DNA of 64,000 bases from Eledone cirrhosa (lineage: Eukaryota). Where the stretch lies: assembly GCA_964016885.1 (NCBI GenBank), contig OZ024742.1:24056001-24120000 (forward strand), in the 5' to 3' direction. Below, piece by piece: positions 45,751-59,814 of the stretch (position 1 is the stretch's first letter; the number at the start of each line of letters is the position of its first letter). A model generated the notes under the pieces. That model was not told the origin of the DNA, ran no database searches, and was given only the letters and a program-made list of their open reading frames with translations. The translations under genes were made by a program, and so were the position numbers.

Positions 45751-47390
45751 GAAAGGATAAAAAGGACGATTGATTATTCCTTCATTGCATTTATTGATAG
45801 GTGACGCGCGTTTCGCCACTGATCAGCTCAAGGTTCGATCTATATCGATCCTACCCGACTCAATAATCGGCATCTCGACGGACCCTCTTAAAATGCTATA
45901 AGAAAATGAAATACATGCTATGTGGTAAAGCTAGAGTTTCAAGAGTTTGACAAAATGAGTTGTTTTGATTGGTGAGAAGGATCAAGGCGATGTACTGGCC
46001 TGTAGTGTATATGAGGGTGGGTGTGATGGTGAGATGTTGGTGACGGTCTGTGGATGAGGTGGGCTGTGATGTGGTAGTGGTGGGTTGGCCTTGGCGTGTA
46101 GAGAATGTGGGGGTGGATGTGAAGATATGGTGGTGGTTAAGGTTATTTAGTGGGATGGGCTGTGGAGTGAGGTTAGTGGATTGTCAGTAGACGGGTTGGC
46201 GTGTGGGTGGGGGTGTGGTAGTGGTGCCTTTGTCTATGGTAGCGGCGTTTTTGGTGGTGTGGTGGATGTATTGGTGGCACAGGTCCTTACATAGATACAT
46301 AGTTAGACGCTCTTCGTCTGACAGATACCTTGTATATACGTATACGTACACACATATATGTATATATGTGCACATATATTATTGTATAAACACACACAAC
46401 ATAAGACACATACGCACATCCTTGCCCACACATATCGGCATACGCTCACACACAGCCATATGTATATGTACACACATATATGTGCATGCGCGCATGCGGT
46501 CACGAATATGGAGAGTGGGGGAGTATCGGTGGGGTGGCGAACGACAGCGATGGGGGGAAGGTGAGAGGCGATGTAGAAGGTGTTTTACATATATACATAC
46601 ACATACATACACATGGGTATGGGCACATGGACTCACACTCATGTATGCAAGATATACACATACACACTCGCACACACGTATACTCACACACATATATATA
46701 TATACACATATATATATATATATACTATATATATACACACACATGTAACGACAACACACACATACACGCGCATATACACATACATGCACATATATGAGCT
46801 CACCTACACATACAGTCAGATTTACCCATATATATATATGTAAACGTACACATACACACATATACATACACATACATATATACACACACATACACATATG
46901 CATACACATACACACATATATATATATATACAGATATATATATACACACACATAGACATATGTATATACATGTGTTCACATACACACACACACACATACA
47001 GATACATTTGCGTACACGCACGCACACTTAAAACGCCCGTATGAGTAAAATACTTACACACAGACACACATACTATTGTTGGTTGGGGAGTGGAGGTATG
47101 TTTTGTCGGTGTTGATGAAGTATGGAGTTGTGTTTTGTGGTGGTGGAGTTGTGAGGGACAAAAATGTATATACCGGATCGAATACCGGTTAAAAGGTGAC
47201 ATAGGGAACGCGGGGGAAAATCGTTTATGGACGTACGGCGATGTGTGTTGTGGACATGGTGATGGTTGTGGTGCTGGGGAGTTATGCTCGGCAAGATGAT
47301 TACATGATCAGAGGTTACGGTGTGTTATAGTGTAGGCAGACGGGGGGTGGGGGGTATATAATACAGTCGATTTGGGAGCGAGGGATGATA
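45750..47390 (-). mobile_element. Probable non-coding 3' portion of another PLE (CA-rich UTR ending in HH-F and a polyA signal)
   Basis: Same layout as the other PLE 3'UTRs here (microsatellite-containing UTR, terminal hammerhead-like motif, TA flanks). No coding remnant recognised. Confidence 0.4.
45799..45885 (-). ncRNA. Hammerhead-like motif with a variant core (HH-F)
   Basis: Minus strand GGGU-CCGUCGA-gauGCC...GGC-GAAA-CGCGCG-UC/ACCU then AAUAAA. The 3' half is canonical; the 5' core deviates from CUGANGA. Confidence 0.45.
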
Positions 47391-47468
47391 TGTATATATA
47401 TATGTATATATATATGTGTATATATATATGTATATATATATATGTATATATATGTGTATATATATATG

Positions 47469-47499
<31 letters not shown>

Positions 47500-47546
47500 G
47501 TGTGTATTTATATATATATATATGTATATATATATATTTATATGTA

Positions 47547-47578
<32 letters not shown>

Positions 47579-47593
47579 CACATATATATACAC

Positions 47594-47626
<33 letters not shown>

Positions 47627-47938
47627 CACAGACATATATATATATATACACATATATATATATACACACATATATATATATATATATGTGTATATATATA
47701 TGTATATATATATACACATATATATATATATACACACACACATATATATATATATACAGATATATATATATATACACATATATATATATACACATATATA
47801 TATATACATGTATATGTATATATGTGTATATATATATGTATATATATATATGTGTATATATATATATGTGTGTATATATATATATGTGTATATATATATA
47901 TGTATATATATATATATGTATATATATATATGTGTGTG

Positions 47939-48026
<88 letters not shown>

Positions 48027-48043
48027 CATACATATATATATAC

Positions 48044-48074
<31 letters not shown>

Positions 48075-48095
48075 CATATATATAGACATATATAC

Positions 48096-48126
<31 letters not shown>

Positions 48127-48269
48127 CATATATATATATACATATATATATATACATATATATATATATATTCATATATATACACATATATATATATATA
48201 TTCATATATATATATACACATATATATATATATACACATATATATATATACACATATATATATATATAT

Positions 48270-48314
<45 letters not shown>

Positions 48315-48388
48315 CTGTCTGCTTTCGTTGTAAGCTTTATATATATATATATATATATATACATATATATATACAGATATATATATAT
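47391..48388. repeat. (TA)n array with TGTG/CACA interruptions
   Basis: Directly visible. Confidence 0.95.
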
Positions 48389-50441
48389 ATGCAGAGCAAC
48401 ATGAAAGCACTACTTCGAAGATTGCAAAATACCAATCAAATTGTTGTGAAAGCTGACAAGACCTCTAACGTGTATACCATGGATATTGATACGTACAATA
48501 ACTTCATACGCAACGAACTACACAAAAAATATAGAAAACAAATGAAATTACGCTAGCAAATATTAACAACGAGGCATATAAAGTGGTGAAGAATCTCAAG
48601 ATAGACGATAGAACCGAGCCGATTATACCCGCTACCCCCACCTTCAACCTGAAGGACCATAAGGTAAATCTTGACTCTAACCCTAAGATTAGACTTATAT
48701 GCCCTTCTAAATCAGACATAGGGAAAAGTAGCAAACATATACTTGACAGAGTAATAACTCAAGTGAAAAAGAAAATTGAAATTAAATTATGGGGCAACAC
48801 TAGCGAAGCAATTCGCTGGTTTAATAATGTTAAGAATAAGAATAAATCTAAGTTTATACAATTTGACATAGACGAATACTACTCTTCCATCCCACCAAGC
48901 ACTTTACGTAAGGCCCTATCGTTTGCCAAGGCCAATTCCGACCTAACGGAGGACGAAATTAATATTATTCTCGAGGCTAGAAAAACCATTATTAAGTTCG
49001 ATAACTGCTACTGGGAACGTAAGGACAGACCCACAAATTTCGACATTACCATGGGTTCCAACGACTCGGCGGAGGTCACGGATCTCGTGGGAATTTACAT
49101 AGCCCACATATTACATAGTAAATTTAGTAATCTACAGGGGGGGGGATATACAGGGATGACGGGCTCTTATTAGTTAATAACTTGAATAACCAAAATCTTG
49201 AAAGGCTACGGAAAAATATTAGGAAATCTTTTAGTGAACTGGGTCTAAAAATAACGTACGAATACAATCTTAAAGTAGTGAACTTTCTGGACGTAATTCT
49301 TAATTTAAATACCGGACAGATATGACCCTTCCACAAGATGAATGAGAACCTTACGTATATTAACTTTAACTCTAACCACCCACTCTCCATGATCAAATCA
49401 CTTACCCGGAGTATTTCTCTTAGAATCTCTCGCCTATCGTCTAACTCTGATATTTTTGGTGAACACGCTGAATACTACAATAATGCATTAAGGAATGCTG
49501 ATCACCGGGACACAATAGAATACATTGATAGGAATTTCCATAACACACATAGCTCTACACGAAATCAAGGAATACGTAACCGGGGGACTAAAATACAAGC
49601 ACACACACACAGTACTACCAGACATACTTATAATAGAAAATCACCACCAAATAAATCACGTTGTAGAAAGTATATCTGGTACAATCCTATTTTTAATGCC
49701 TCGATTAGTACAAAACTATCTCTTTCATTCTTTAAGTTATTCAACAAACACTTTCCTAGTTCCCATAAATACAGCAAAATTCTGAACTCTAAAACTATTA
49801 GACTATCATACTCCACGGCACCAAACCTTGAAGCATACATAAAAAAACTTAACTTAAGGCAATTAAACAACTCTACAAAACAAACTATTTTAGTAACAGA
49901 TGGGCAGAACGCAATATCTGCCTCCCAACCACTAAATGGGAGACGGGTATTACACAACCCACCTGTACCGCTATCACAACCTATCCATGGTATACCCGCT
50001 ACCCACAACAAAGAATGTAACTGCCATCTACCTGAAAGATGTCCATTGAAGAATGAATGCCTAAAGTCAAACATTGTTTACCAATGCACGGTTGAATCGA
50101 ACGACCAGAAATGGTATTATATCGGATCTACCACCACCTCGTTTAAATCTCGCTGGTACCGTCATCGATTCTCAATCAAACATCCCAATCACCGTTTTGT
50201 GACCACGCTCGCCAACAAGACCTGGCAACTCCGTGAACACAACCAACAGTTCACCTTAAAATGGGATATACTTTCCAGCGCAAGTGCATATCGGAGTGGA
50301 TTGAAGTACTGCAGGTTATGTAACCTTGAGCTCTTTTACATATTAAAATCCGAAAACAAACTACTTAACGATAGAATTGAACGATCATTATACTGCAACC
50401 ACAGACTAAAAGCTAAATTCTCTCACTATAAAATAACTTAA
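48389..50441 (+). pseudogene. PLE RT-GIY-YIG polyprotein (frameshifted)
   Basis: [10 protein letters not shown]; NLKDHK..RLICPSKSDIGK; motif A QFDIDEYYSSI; FDITMGSNDSAE; motif C YRDDGL after a G-run frameshift at ~49140; NFLDV; SNHP; IWYNPIF; CNCHLPERCPL..C; IVYQC..YIGST..R..H; CRLC. TGA at 49323-5. Confidence 0.92.
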
Positions 50442-50935
50442 CATTCGAACCCGTAACTATAACACCGCTTTCTAGCTAACCACCTTCTCTTCCCCCCACA
50501 CTACAAGACAATACACTGCTTATCACTATAAATGGTAACTGAGTGTAATTCCTATATTACTACTACAAACCCAAAGTTCACTCACCACACAAACTTCGTC
50601 TGTCCCCTCTCTACCTCTCTCTCTACATCCATTACACTCTCTCTCTCTCTCTCGCTTTTGGCCTACCTCCCTCTCAACATCTATGAACCTGCCTTCTGGG
50701 GCAATACATAATTCCGACCTTAACTATCAACGCATCTCTCCAAAAGTAACCAGTATAATAAAACCCCTACCATAACATTTTGATTAAGATATCTACAAAC
50801 CACTCTCTCCTACTTCTCCAACCCCTGCATATCTTTTTCTCTCTCTCCCTCTCCCCTACTTTTCTCTCTTCCTTTTCTACTCTATCTTCCCCAACAACCC
50901 CACTTAAGGGTATTTACATTGTACATTTACCATTC

Positions 50936-51047
50936 TGCTCTGAGGAAACAGTGGTCACAGCATTGGATATTTGAGTTCTGCAAATACTTGTGAATTTGCA
51001 CATAGCGTAACTGGGCTGTAGTACCACCGTGGAAACACCTGTAAGCA
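50936..51047 (+). ncRNA. Type I hammerhead (family HH-D) with 85-nt stem II
   Basis: TGCT-CTGAGGA(50940-46)-aacaGTGGTcACAGC...GCTGTagtACCACcgtg-GAAA(51032-35)-CACCTG-TA/AGCA. GUA triplet. Confidence 0.75.
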
Positions 51048-51097
51048 CACGGAATAAATTACCTTTTTATGATGTCTACCTGTTATTATTAATTCTT

Positions 51098-52435
<1,338 letters not shown>

Positions 52436-52523
52436 ATAATAATATATTTGAAAACTAAAACCCAAAGAGGGCTCGATAAGGATAAATATATATCAAATAT
52501 ATAAGAACCGTAGAGCAAATATT

Positions 52524-53045
52524 TATTAAAATAACAGATTAAAGTTTAAGCAAAGAATCGCTGCTTTCACCCTTAACGGGATCTTCTGAAACTAACAAAA
52601 TCAATCTGTAAACGCAGAAGTGGATATTTAAAAAAACGTTGCAACCGGAGGAAGACAGGAAGACGATACTTTGGTTCGTTGGAACGTTCGCTATGCAAAT
52701 AAGTAATGGTATAAACAAAACATATACTTATAAACATATACTTGTAAACATAAATTGCACAAAACTTTCCTGTATTACAGCCCCACGTTATACCCTAACG
52801 GATAGTACGATCTAGACGTGGATATTTTATGTCTTGATGTCGTAGCTAAGTATATGTTTTGTTTATACCATTACTTATTTGCATAGCGAACGTTCCAACG
52901 AACCAAAGTATCGTCTTCCTCTCTTCCTCCGGTTGCAACGTTTTTTGAAATATCCACTTCTGCGTTTACATATTGACTTTGTTAGTTTCAGAAGATCCCG
53001 TTAATGCTGAAAGCAGCGATTCTTTGCTTAAACCTTAATCTGTTA

Positions 53046-53053
<8 letters not shown>
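52524..53053. mobile_element. MITE/fold-back element: 207-bp inverted repeats with a 116-bp spacer
   Basis: 52524-52730 and 52847-53053 are reverse complements with about 7 mismatches by eye. TA at both ends, non-coding. Confidence 0.8.
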
Positions 53054-53109
<56 letters not shown>

Positions 53110-53116
<7 letters not shown>

Positions 53117-56100
53117 TGCCCCCTCGTTATCGAGTATGGCCATTGCACGAGGAGAAAAAAAAAATTCATAAATAAATAAAAAAGAAAATAAAAATAAAAA
53201 AAAAGACATATATATATATATATATATATAGGCATACACACATACATACACATATACACATATACACACACACATACATTAATAACAATAATAATAATAA
53301 TAACAACAAGAATAATAATAACGACAACAACAATAATAATATACATATATATATACATACACGCACACACATAAGCATATCTATACACACACACACACAC
53401 GATAGCAACTAGCAGCGCTGCGATCGAATGTGGCTTTTTAGCCCAGCCAATGATCTAAAATGTCTTGTACAGAGTCGGCAACCAAAACATTCACTGGGAA
53501 TAGTCGGCTGTGGTTGGAGTTCGTGTACTTTTGCATGTCGCTTGAGCCCTCCTGCTGATTTACATTCTCTACCACATGTTTGGCAAGCATGATGAGTAGC
53601 ATCTCCAACAGTAGCCTGGTAGTCAACGACTGGTCTTACTTTATGACTGCGAAGATGACTTTCGAGTCCAGCTTTGCTTAGGCAGAGTCTCGCACAGACG
53701 CTGCATGTCAGCACCATAGGAGGACCCTCGCCGTCTGGAAGTGCAACAGCAATGCCCTTCGTCACATCCCGCTTTACTTTCTCGTATGCGATTCGAGATG
53801 CCTCAAAGGCAACTTTTCCCTCATATACAGTGTTTCTCCATTTATTACGATCAGCAGCAATATTTTCCCATGTATCAGCAGAGATGTTAGCGTCTTTCAG
53901 AGAGGCTTTCAAGGAATCCTTATACCTCTTTTTTGGTTTATGTGGCGGTCGTTTTCCTTTAAACAACTCTCCATAAAAGAGTTGTTTTGGTATTCTAGAA
54001 TCCTTCATCCTGGCAAGGTGACCACTCCAACGGAGTCGTTGCTTACGCACAAGAGCTTCTATACTGTCACACATAGAGCTTTCCAAAATCTCGACATCAC
54101 TGATGTGGTCCCCCCAGTGAACGCCATGGATCCGTCTGAGACACATCTGATGGAAACGCTCCAATTGCTTAAAGTGGTGTCGATATGTGACCCAGGTCTC
54201 GCAGGCATAAAGAAGACAAGAGAGCACACATGCCCTGTACACCTTTACCTTTGTCCTCCTCCATATGTCTCGCCGACTCCAGAGTCGCCTTTCTAGCTTT
54301 CCGAAATCATCACTTGCTTTCCTAATCCTAAGTGAGATTTCACTGTCAAGGTTGCTGTATCGATTGACAGTGCTTCCCAGGTAGACAAACTGATCAACCA
54401 CTCCAAGTCGTTTGCCATACACATAGATGTTTGGTTCAGTGTACTGCTTACCAGGGGCAGGTTGGTACATGACGACAGTACATGACGATGGTACATGACT
54501 GACAGTCAAACCTAGGGCAGTGCAAGCGTCAGAAAATGCATTCAAAATGTCCTGCATATCACTCTCTGTGTGCGCTTCAAGATCGCAATCATCTGCATAC
54601 AAGAGGTCTCTTATGATTGATGTAAATACTTTTTTCTTTGCAGCAAAGCGCCTGATGTTAAATATGCTGCCTGAGGTTCGATATCGGATGTAAACACCAT
54701 GCTCGCAATTCCTGAATGCAATACAGAAAACCATTGCAATGTATATGGCAAACAGGGTCGGTACTGGAATATCCCCCTGTTCCACTCCATTTTTTACTGA
54801 GATAGGCTCCGACATGTTACCTCCGACATTAACCCAAGCCTTCATGTCGTCATGGAAAGACCTAACTAAAGCAAGGAACTTATCAGGGCAACCAAGTTTC
54901 TGGAGAACCTTCCATAATGCATCTCTGTTAACAGTATCGAAAGCTTTTGTCAGATCGACAAAAACCTGATACAGATCCAAGCCTTGTTCCATGCACTTCT
55001 CCTGGAGCTGTCTAGCTCCAGCACGAAAACCAGATTGACTTTCAGGAAGAACACAATCTGCAATGTGTGTCAGCAGACGGTCCAGAAGCACCCTACATAA
55101 AACTTTCCCTACGACAGAAAGCAATGATATACCTCTGTAGTTCCCACAATCATTCCTGTTACCCTTTCCCTTGTACAAAGCCACCATTACTGCATCTCTC
55201 CAGTCCTCAGGTACGGATTCATTAGCCCATATCCTGCCAAACAAAGAGTGAAGATGTTGCAGGAGTCTCTCACCACCATATTGTAGGAGCTCAGCATGTA
55301 TACCATCCATACCTGGAGATCTTCCATTGTTCAGCTTCGAAATAGCCACTGCAACCTCCACAAGCGTCGGAGGTTCTGCGAGAGCTACTTTCACAGGACT
55401 TTCTGGAATGAGATTGAGGAAATCTTTACTGACGACAGACGGCTGATTCAAAAGATCATCAAAGTGCTCTCGCCACCTTCGTAGAATTCCTTGTGAATCA
55501 CGAAGAAGATCTTTGCCATCCTTGCTGCAAAGAGGGGTCACCAGAGAAGAAGACGGTCCATAAACCTCACGCAAGAGACTGTACAACAGCTTTGTGTTAT
55601 TGGAATCAGACGCAGTTTGTATCTCACCAGCCTTCTCACTCCACCACTGATCCTTCATCTGAGAAAGACTCCGCCTAACGTGATTTTACATCCCTGAGTT
55701 CCTCATGCAACGTATTCCTCTCCTGTGGTTTTGCCGTCAAGTAGCGTGACAGAGCACGCCTCTTATCAGCCAACAAGTCTTCTATATGTACATCATTCTC
55801 ATTAAACCAGTCCTGATGTTTTCTCTGCACCAATCCCAGAACACGCTTGCCTACATCATAAACCGACTTTTTAAGGGTCGGCCAATCCTCACCAAGATCT
55901 GCAGCCTGCATCTCTTCTTCCAATGTCCTCTTCAGATTTTTATCCTTAAGACGAGCAGCATTCAATCTTTTGGGCAGGGCAACACCAGGAGCCCGGATTT
56001 TACGTTTAGTGATTAATTTCACTTTTGCGCGTACCAGGCGGTGGTCCGTCTAGCACTCAGCTCCACGAAGAACACGAACACGCTGCACATCCTGTCTGTC

Positions 56101-57300
56101 ACGCACCCTGACTAGGACGTAGTCCAAAAGATGCCATTTCTTAGATGCAGGATGCATCCATGTGGTCTTGAATTTGTTCTTTTGTTGGAACATGGTGTTG
56201 GTAACACACAGATCCAGCTCCTCACACATCTGCAGCAGGAACATACCATTGCTGTTACACTTTCCCACCCCATGCCTTCCGATTACATTCCATGTGTTAA
56301 AATCCCTACCCACTCTAGCATTAAATTAACCAAGCACGATGACTTTGTCTGCCTGAGGGATATTTCTTAAAACACCTTTCAAGGCATGGTAAAAGGACAC
56401 TTTTTCTTCATCGACAGAATTCATAGTTGGAGCATACACACTCACCAGGGTAGCATATCTTCCTTTGTCCAGCGGAACTCTCATGGACATAAGACGCTCA
56501 ATAATCCCTACTGGGAATTCTTCTAATGTATTCACAAGTACAGTCTTAACAGCAAATCCTACCCCAGTCTCTCTTCTGGTTCCTTCATCTCTTCCTTTCC
56601 AGAAGAATGTATATTCTCCACAAAATTCTGTAAGATGACCATCTCCAGCTAACCTCGTCTCAGATAAAGCCACGATGTCAAGATCGTAACGTCTAAGCTC
56701 CTTTGCAACAAGAGCGGTCCTTCGTTCAGGACGCTCCAAGGAATCCCTGTCAAGCAGCGTCCGTACGTTCCAGCAGCCAAGACTAAATGCCTTGTTTGGC
56801 TCTATTACAATGGCACGATGACAAGCGGGCCCAGGCTGTGATAACCTGGGGCCCCTACCCTTATTGCCAATGATCTTTTTTGTTCCAGAACCTAAATTGC
56901 CAATTATCTCTTTTATATTGTTCTGGAACATCATTGAATTTGAAAAAAAAAAAAAAGTAATAATAATAGTAATAATAATAATAATAATAATAATAGTACA
57001 CTATTAATAATTATTAATGCACTCGTGCAATGCCTGTGCGTGACGAATATTTTTAAAGTGAGGAAAGACTGTGCACTGAGCCAATCCCACTCTCTGAGCG
57101 ACAGTAGCTATAACCCGAAAAGAAGAAAAGATCAACATCATCGGTAACTACTGAGCCGCAGGTTTTATGTCGGAGTTAACCCAGTTTCCTGAGATGCCTT
57201 CTCCTAGAAGAATGCCCTGACAAGGGCTAGGGGTTCTTCACTCCCAGTGGTTTAACTGCGCGATCGGGCATCCAGCCCGATTATTTCTGTCCCCGCGCGC
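53110..57300 (-). mobile_element. Apparently full-length RTE-clade LINE (BovB-like architecture)
   Basis: Single APE-RT ORF. 5'UTR motif at 57150-57255 and 3'-terminal hairpin at 53111-53143, both shared with 58672-59280. Confidence 0.9.
53409..56934 (-). pseudogene. RTE APE-RT polyprotein with three C-terminal C2H2-type fingers (stops and a frameshift)
   Basis: GCWNVRTL, ALSETRL, SVYAPT, LG*FNARVG, WHLLDY, *TDH; NYRGISLLS, ESQSGFR, FVDLTKAFD, LLYADD, YLGS, LYACETW, LRWSGH. In-frame stops at 56326-8 and 56050-2, frameshift at ~55670. Confidence 0.95.
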
Positions 57301-57574
57301 AAAAAAAAATAAAAACTCATTGACACTTATACGTACGAAATACACATACGCGCATACATATGCGCGCACACACACGCATACATACGCGCGCACACAGCAA
57401 CACTCATTCATACAAACAAACACACACACGCTACTCACTTACACACACACATATATATATATATATATATTACCGTCATTACTGATACAAGATTACAAGA
57501 TTATGTCAACTGTTGACTTTCAAGAGTTTGTATAGTTGAAGCCGATCGTATTACAGTCCAGTATTATTATAATT

Positions 57575-57720
57575 GCTTTACAGCATAGAGTTATGGCTCT
57601 CCACGCTCTGAGCTTAAATCCCGCCGAGGTCAACATTGCCTTTCATCCCCACGGAGTCAACAAAAGAGAGTACCAGTGATGCGCTGGGCCAGTCGCTGGA
57701 TCCGTGCCAAAAGCAGAAAA
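57575..57720 (+). mobile_element. Degenerate SINE fragment
   Basis: gagcttaaatcccgccgaggtcaacattgcctttcatcc...agtaccagt resembles the B-box plus central domain of mollusc SINEs (recognised from memory, not searched). Confidence 0.5.
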
Positions 57721-58454
57721 ATTATTATTAAAGTTGTTCTCTTAAGGCCCGGTCGCTGGTGATGGTGATGGCGGCGGTGATGTTGGTGCTGGCGGTGGTG
57801 GTGGTGGTGGCAGTTGATGTTGTTGTTGTGTTGTGTGCGTGTGTGTGTGTGTTTTGTTATTTTGAGTTGTTTTTTGTTTTTTTTTATCTTTTGATGCGGC
57901 TGTTGTTGTTGTAAATGTTCATTTCAGTTCATTCTGAAGCTGTTGTTGCTGTAAACATTAGTGCCGGTGTTGTTGTTGTAGATGTTGGGGTTGAAATCTG
58001 GTCGTGTGACTGAGTGATGTATATACACACATATACATACATATGTATATATATATACACATTCAACAGAGATAAAGAGTTTGACAACAGGTTGATGACT
58101 TTAGTCTAGATAGGGTAATGACATGTGATGGTGGGGAGAGAGTGTAGACATTATTGTGGTGGCGGGGGACAGTGAGATGTATCTAGTTCATTTGACCGTT
58201 TTCTTCTCTTTGCAAAATTTGAATTTTAGCCATGTTATATTGAGATGTAAGTAAATGTAAAATGTAAAATATAAATAAGGATTGCTCTGCTAAAATATAC
58301 TAAAATATGTGTGTAACTTCCACAAACTTCTGCCGTGACATGCCCAAGTCCAGTGACCAACAGATTGTTGTATTTTGATGTTCAGAATACAAAAATTAAT
58401 TAAAAACTTACCCCACGAAAAGACAGCGTGTTGTCCTATCTATAAGCTCCCTCA

Positions 58455-58494
58455 TACATACATACATACATACATACATACATACATACATACA

Positions 58495-58526
<32 letters not shown>

Positions 58527-58671
58527 CACATATATATACACATATATACATACATACATGCATACATATATATATACATATATATATACATATATATACA
58601 TACATACACATATACACACACATATACATACACACATATACATACATACATGCATATATATACATTCATAC
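58455..58671. repeat. (CATA)n tetranucleotide array, the tail of the adjacent minus-strand element
   Basis: Directly visible. Confidence 0.9.
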
Positions 58672-59280
58672 ATGGTGGCTGCCAACTCGTTTTCGAGTAC
58701 GGCCACTACTTTATATCCATGTAGGAGAACCCCTACCGAAGCGCTGAACGAGTGTGACTTTTTAGTCCAGCCAGCGACTTGAAAACTCTGGTACAAACAC
58801 TACACTTGTGACAATTATTGACACATAGTGCTGGGCCCATGGTACCATGTGAGGACAAGTGCAGAGAGATCTCCAGATATAAAGCAATGCCTGTGCCGTG
58901 AAGCTTTTATAGTGAGCAAAGGCACTGCACAAAGCCAGTCCCACTCTCTTAACCAAGATGATATTTACCAAAAAGAAGAACAAGTCAACATCATTGGATA
59001 CCATCAGGGTTGCAGGTGTTATATCAGAGTTTTCCTTCTCCTAGAATTCTGCCTTGACAAAGGCTAAGGGGTCATCTCTCCCGGTGATTTTGGATGGCCA
59101 TTGACTCTTAAGAGCTCCTTTGCCCTTTGACAGGTTTTGTTTTTAGTCCTGCAGGATGTCCAAAGTCACCCTCCTCACCAAGAAACCTTGGTGGGGTTGC
59201 CAGTTTAGTCGCCAACGACCCGACCATGAGACAGGTTGTACTGGGATACATGTTACCAGTAGCACCAACTGGTGACCTGA
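58672..59280 (-). mobile_element. Non-autonomous bipartite RTE-derived element (~610 bp)
   Basis: 59004-59090 resembles 57150-57255 and 58674-58707 resembles 53111-53143. No APE/RT coding in between. Confidence 0.65.
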
Positions 59281-59380
59281 CATACACATTCATACATACA
59301 TATATATATACACATACATATATATACACATACATACATATACATATATCTATATATATACATATATAAAAATTTATGTC

Positions 59381-59797
59381 GTAGTCTGTTGTCCCAGTTT
59401 TCAAAGAGGGAAACAAATCCCTTTCCATGAATTACCATCCAATCTCACTCACCTCTTATCACCATCAAGTTATTTGAGAGGGTGGTGAGATCACGAATAA
59501 CCCACATTCTTGAAAGGAACAGACTGCTGAACTCCAACCAACATAGGTTCCGTAATGGAAGGGACTGCCTGACGCAGCTACTGCATCAATTTGATGACAT
59601 TTTGAGAGCCTTGGGAGAGGGTTCCAACACTGATGTTATCTACCTTGATTTCAGCAAGGCCTTTGGCAGGGTTGATCACAAGATTCTATTGAAAAAACTA
59701 TGCAATATTGGTGTCTCTGGAAAGTTACTGCAATGGATCAAGTGTTTCCTGACAGACAGAGCCCAACATATAGTCGAAGGAGTAAAATCAAGCTGGA
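59381..59797 (+). pseudogene. CR1/L2-group RT fragment
   Basis: VVPVFK..NYHPISLTS..ERVV..NQHRFRNGRDCLTQLL..VIYLDFSKAFGRVDH..WIKCFLTDR, similar to the RT at 39861-41330. Confidence 0.9.
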
Positions 59798-59814
59798 GCC
59801 AAAGTCAGTTTCAA

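Larger units (their letters stand above)
48389..51097 (+). mobile_element. 5'-truncated Hydra-type Penelope-like element (family D): RT, GIY-YIG and 3'UTR with hammerhead
   Basis: Coding remnant 48389-50441, hammerhead at 50936-51047, AATAAA at 51053-58, (TA)n on both flanks. Confidence 0.9.

Noticed and set aside
52524-53053. Hammerhead in the fold-back element
   Set aside because: Only ctgaaac and ctgaaag were found. There is no CUGANGA core with a matching GAAA-stem III-NUH.
53409-53710. Host C2H2 zinc-finger gene
   Set aside because: The fingers are in frame with the RTE reverse transcriptase and lack TGEKP linkers.
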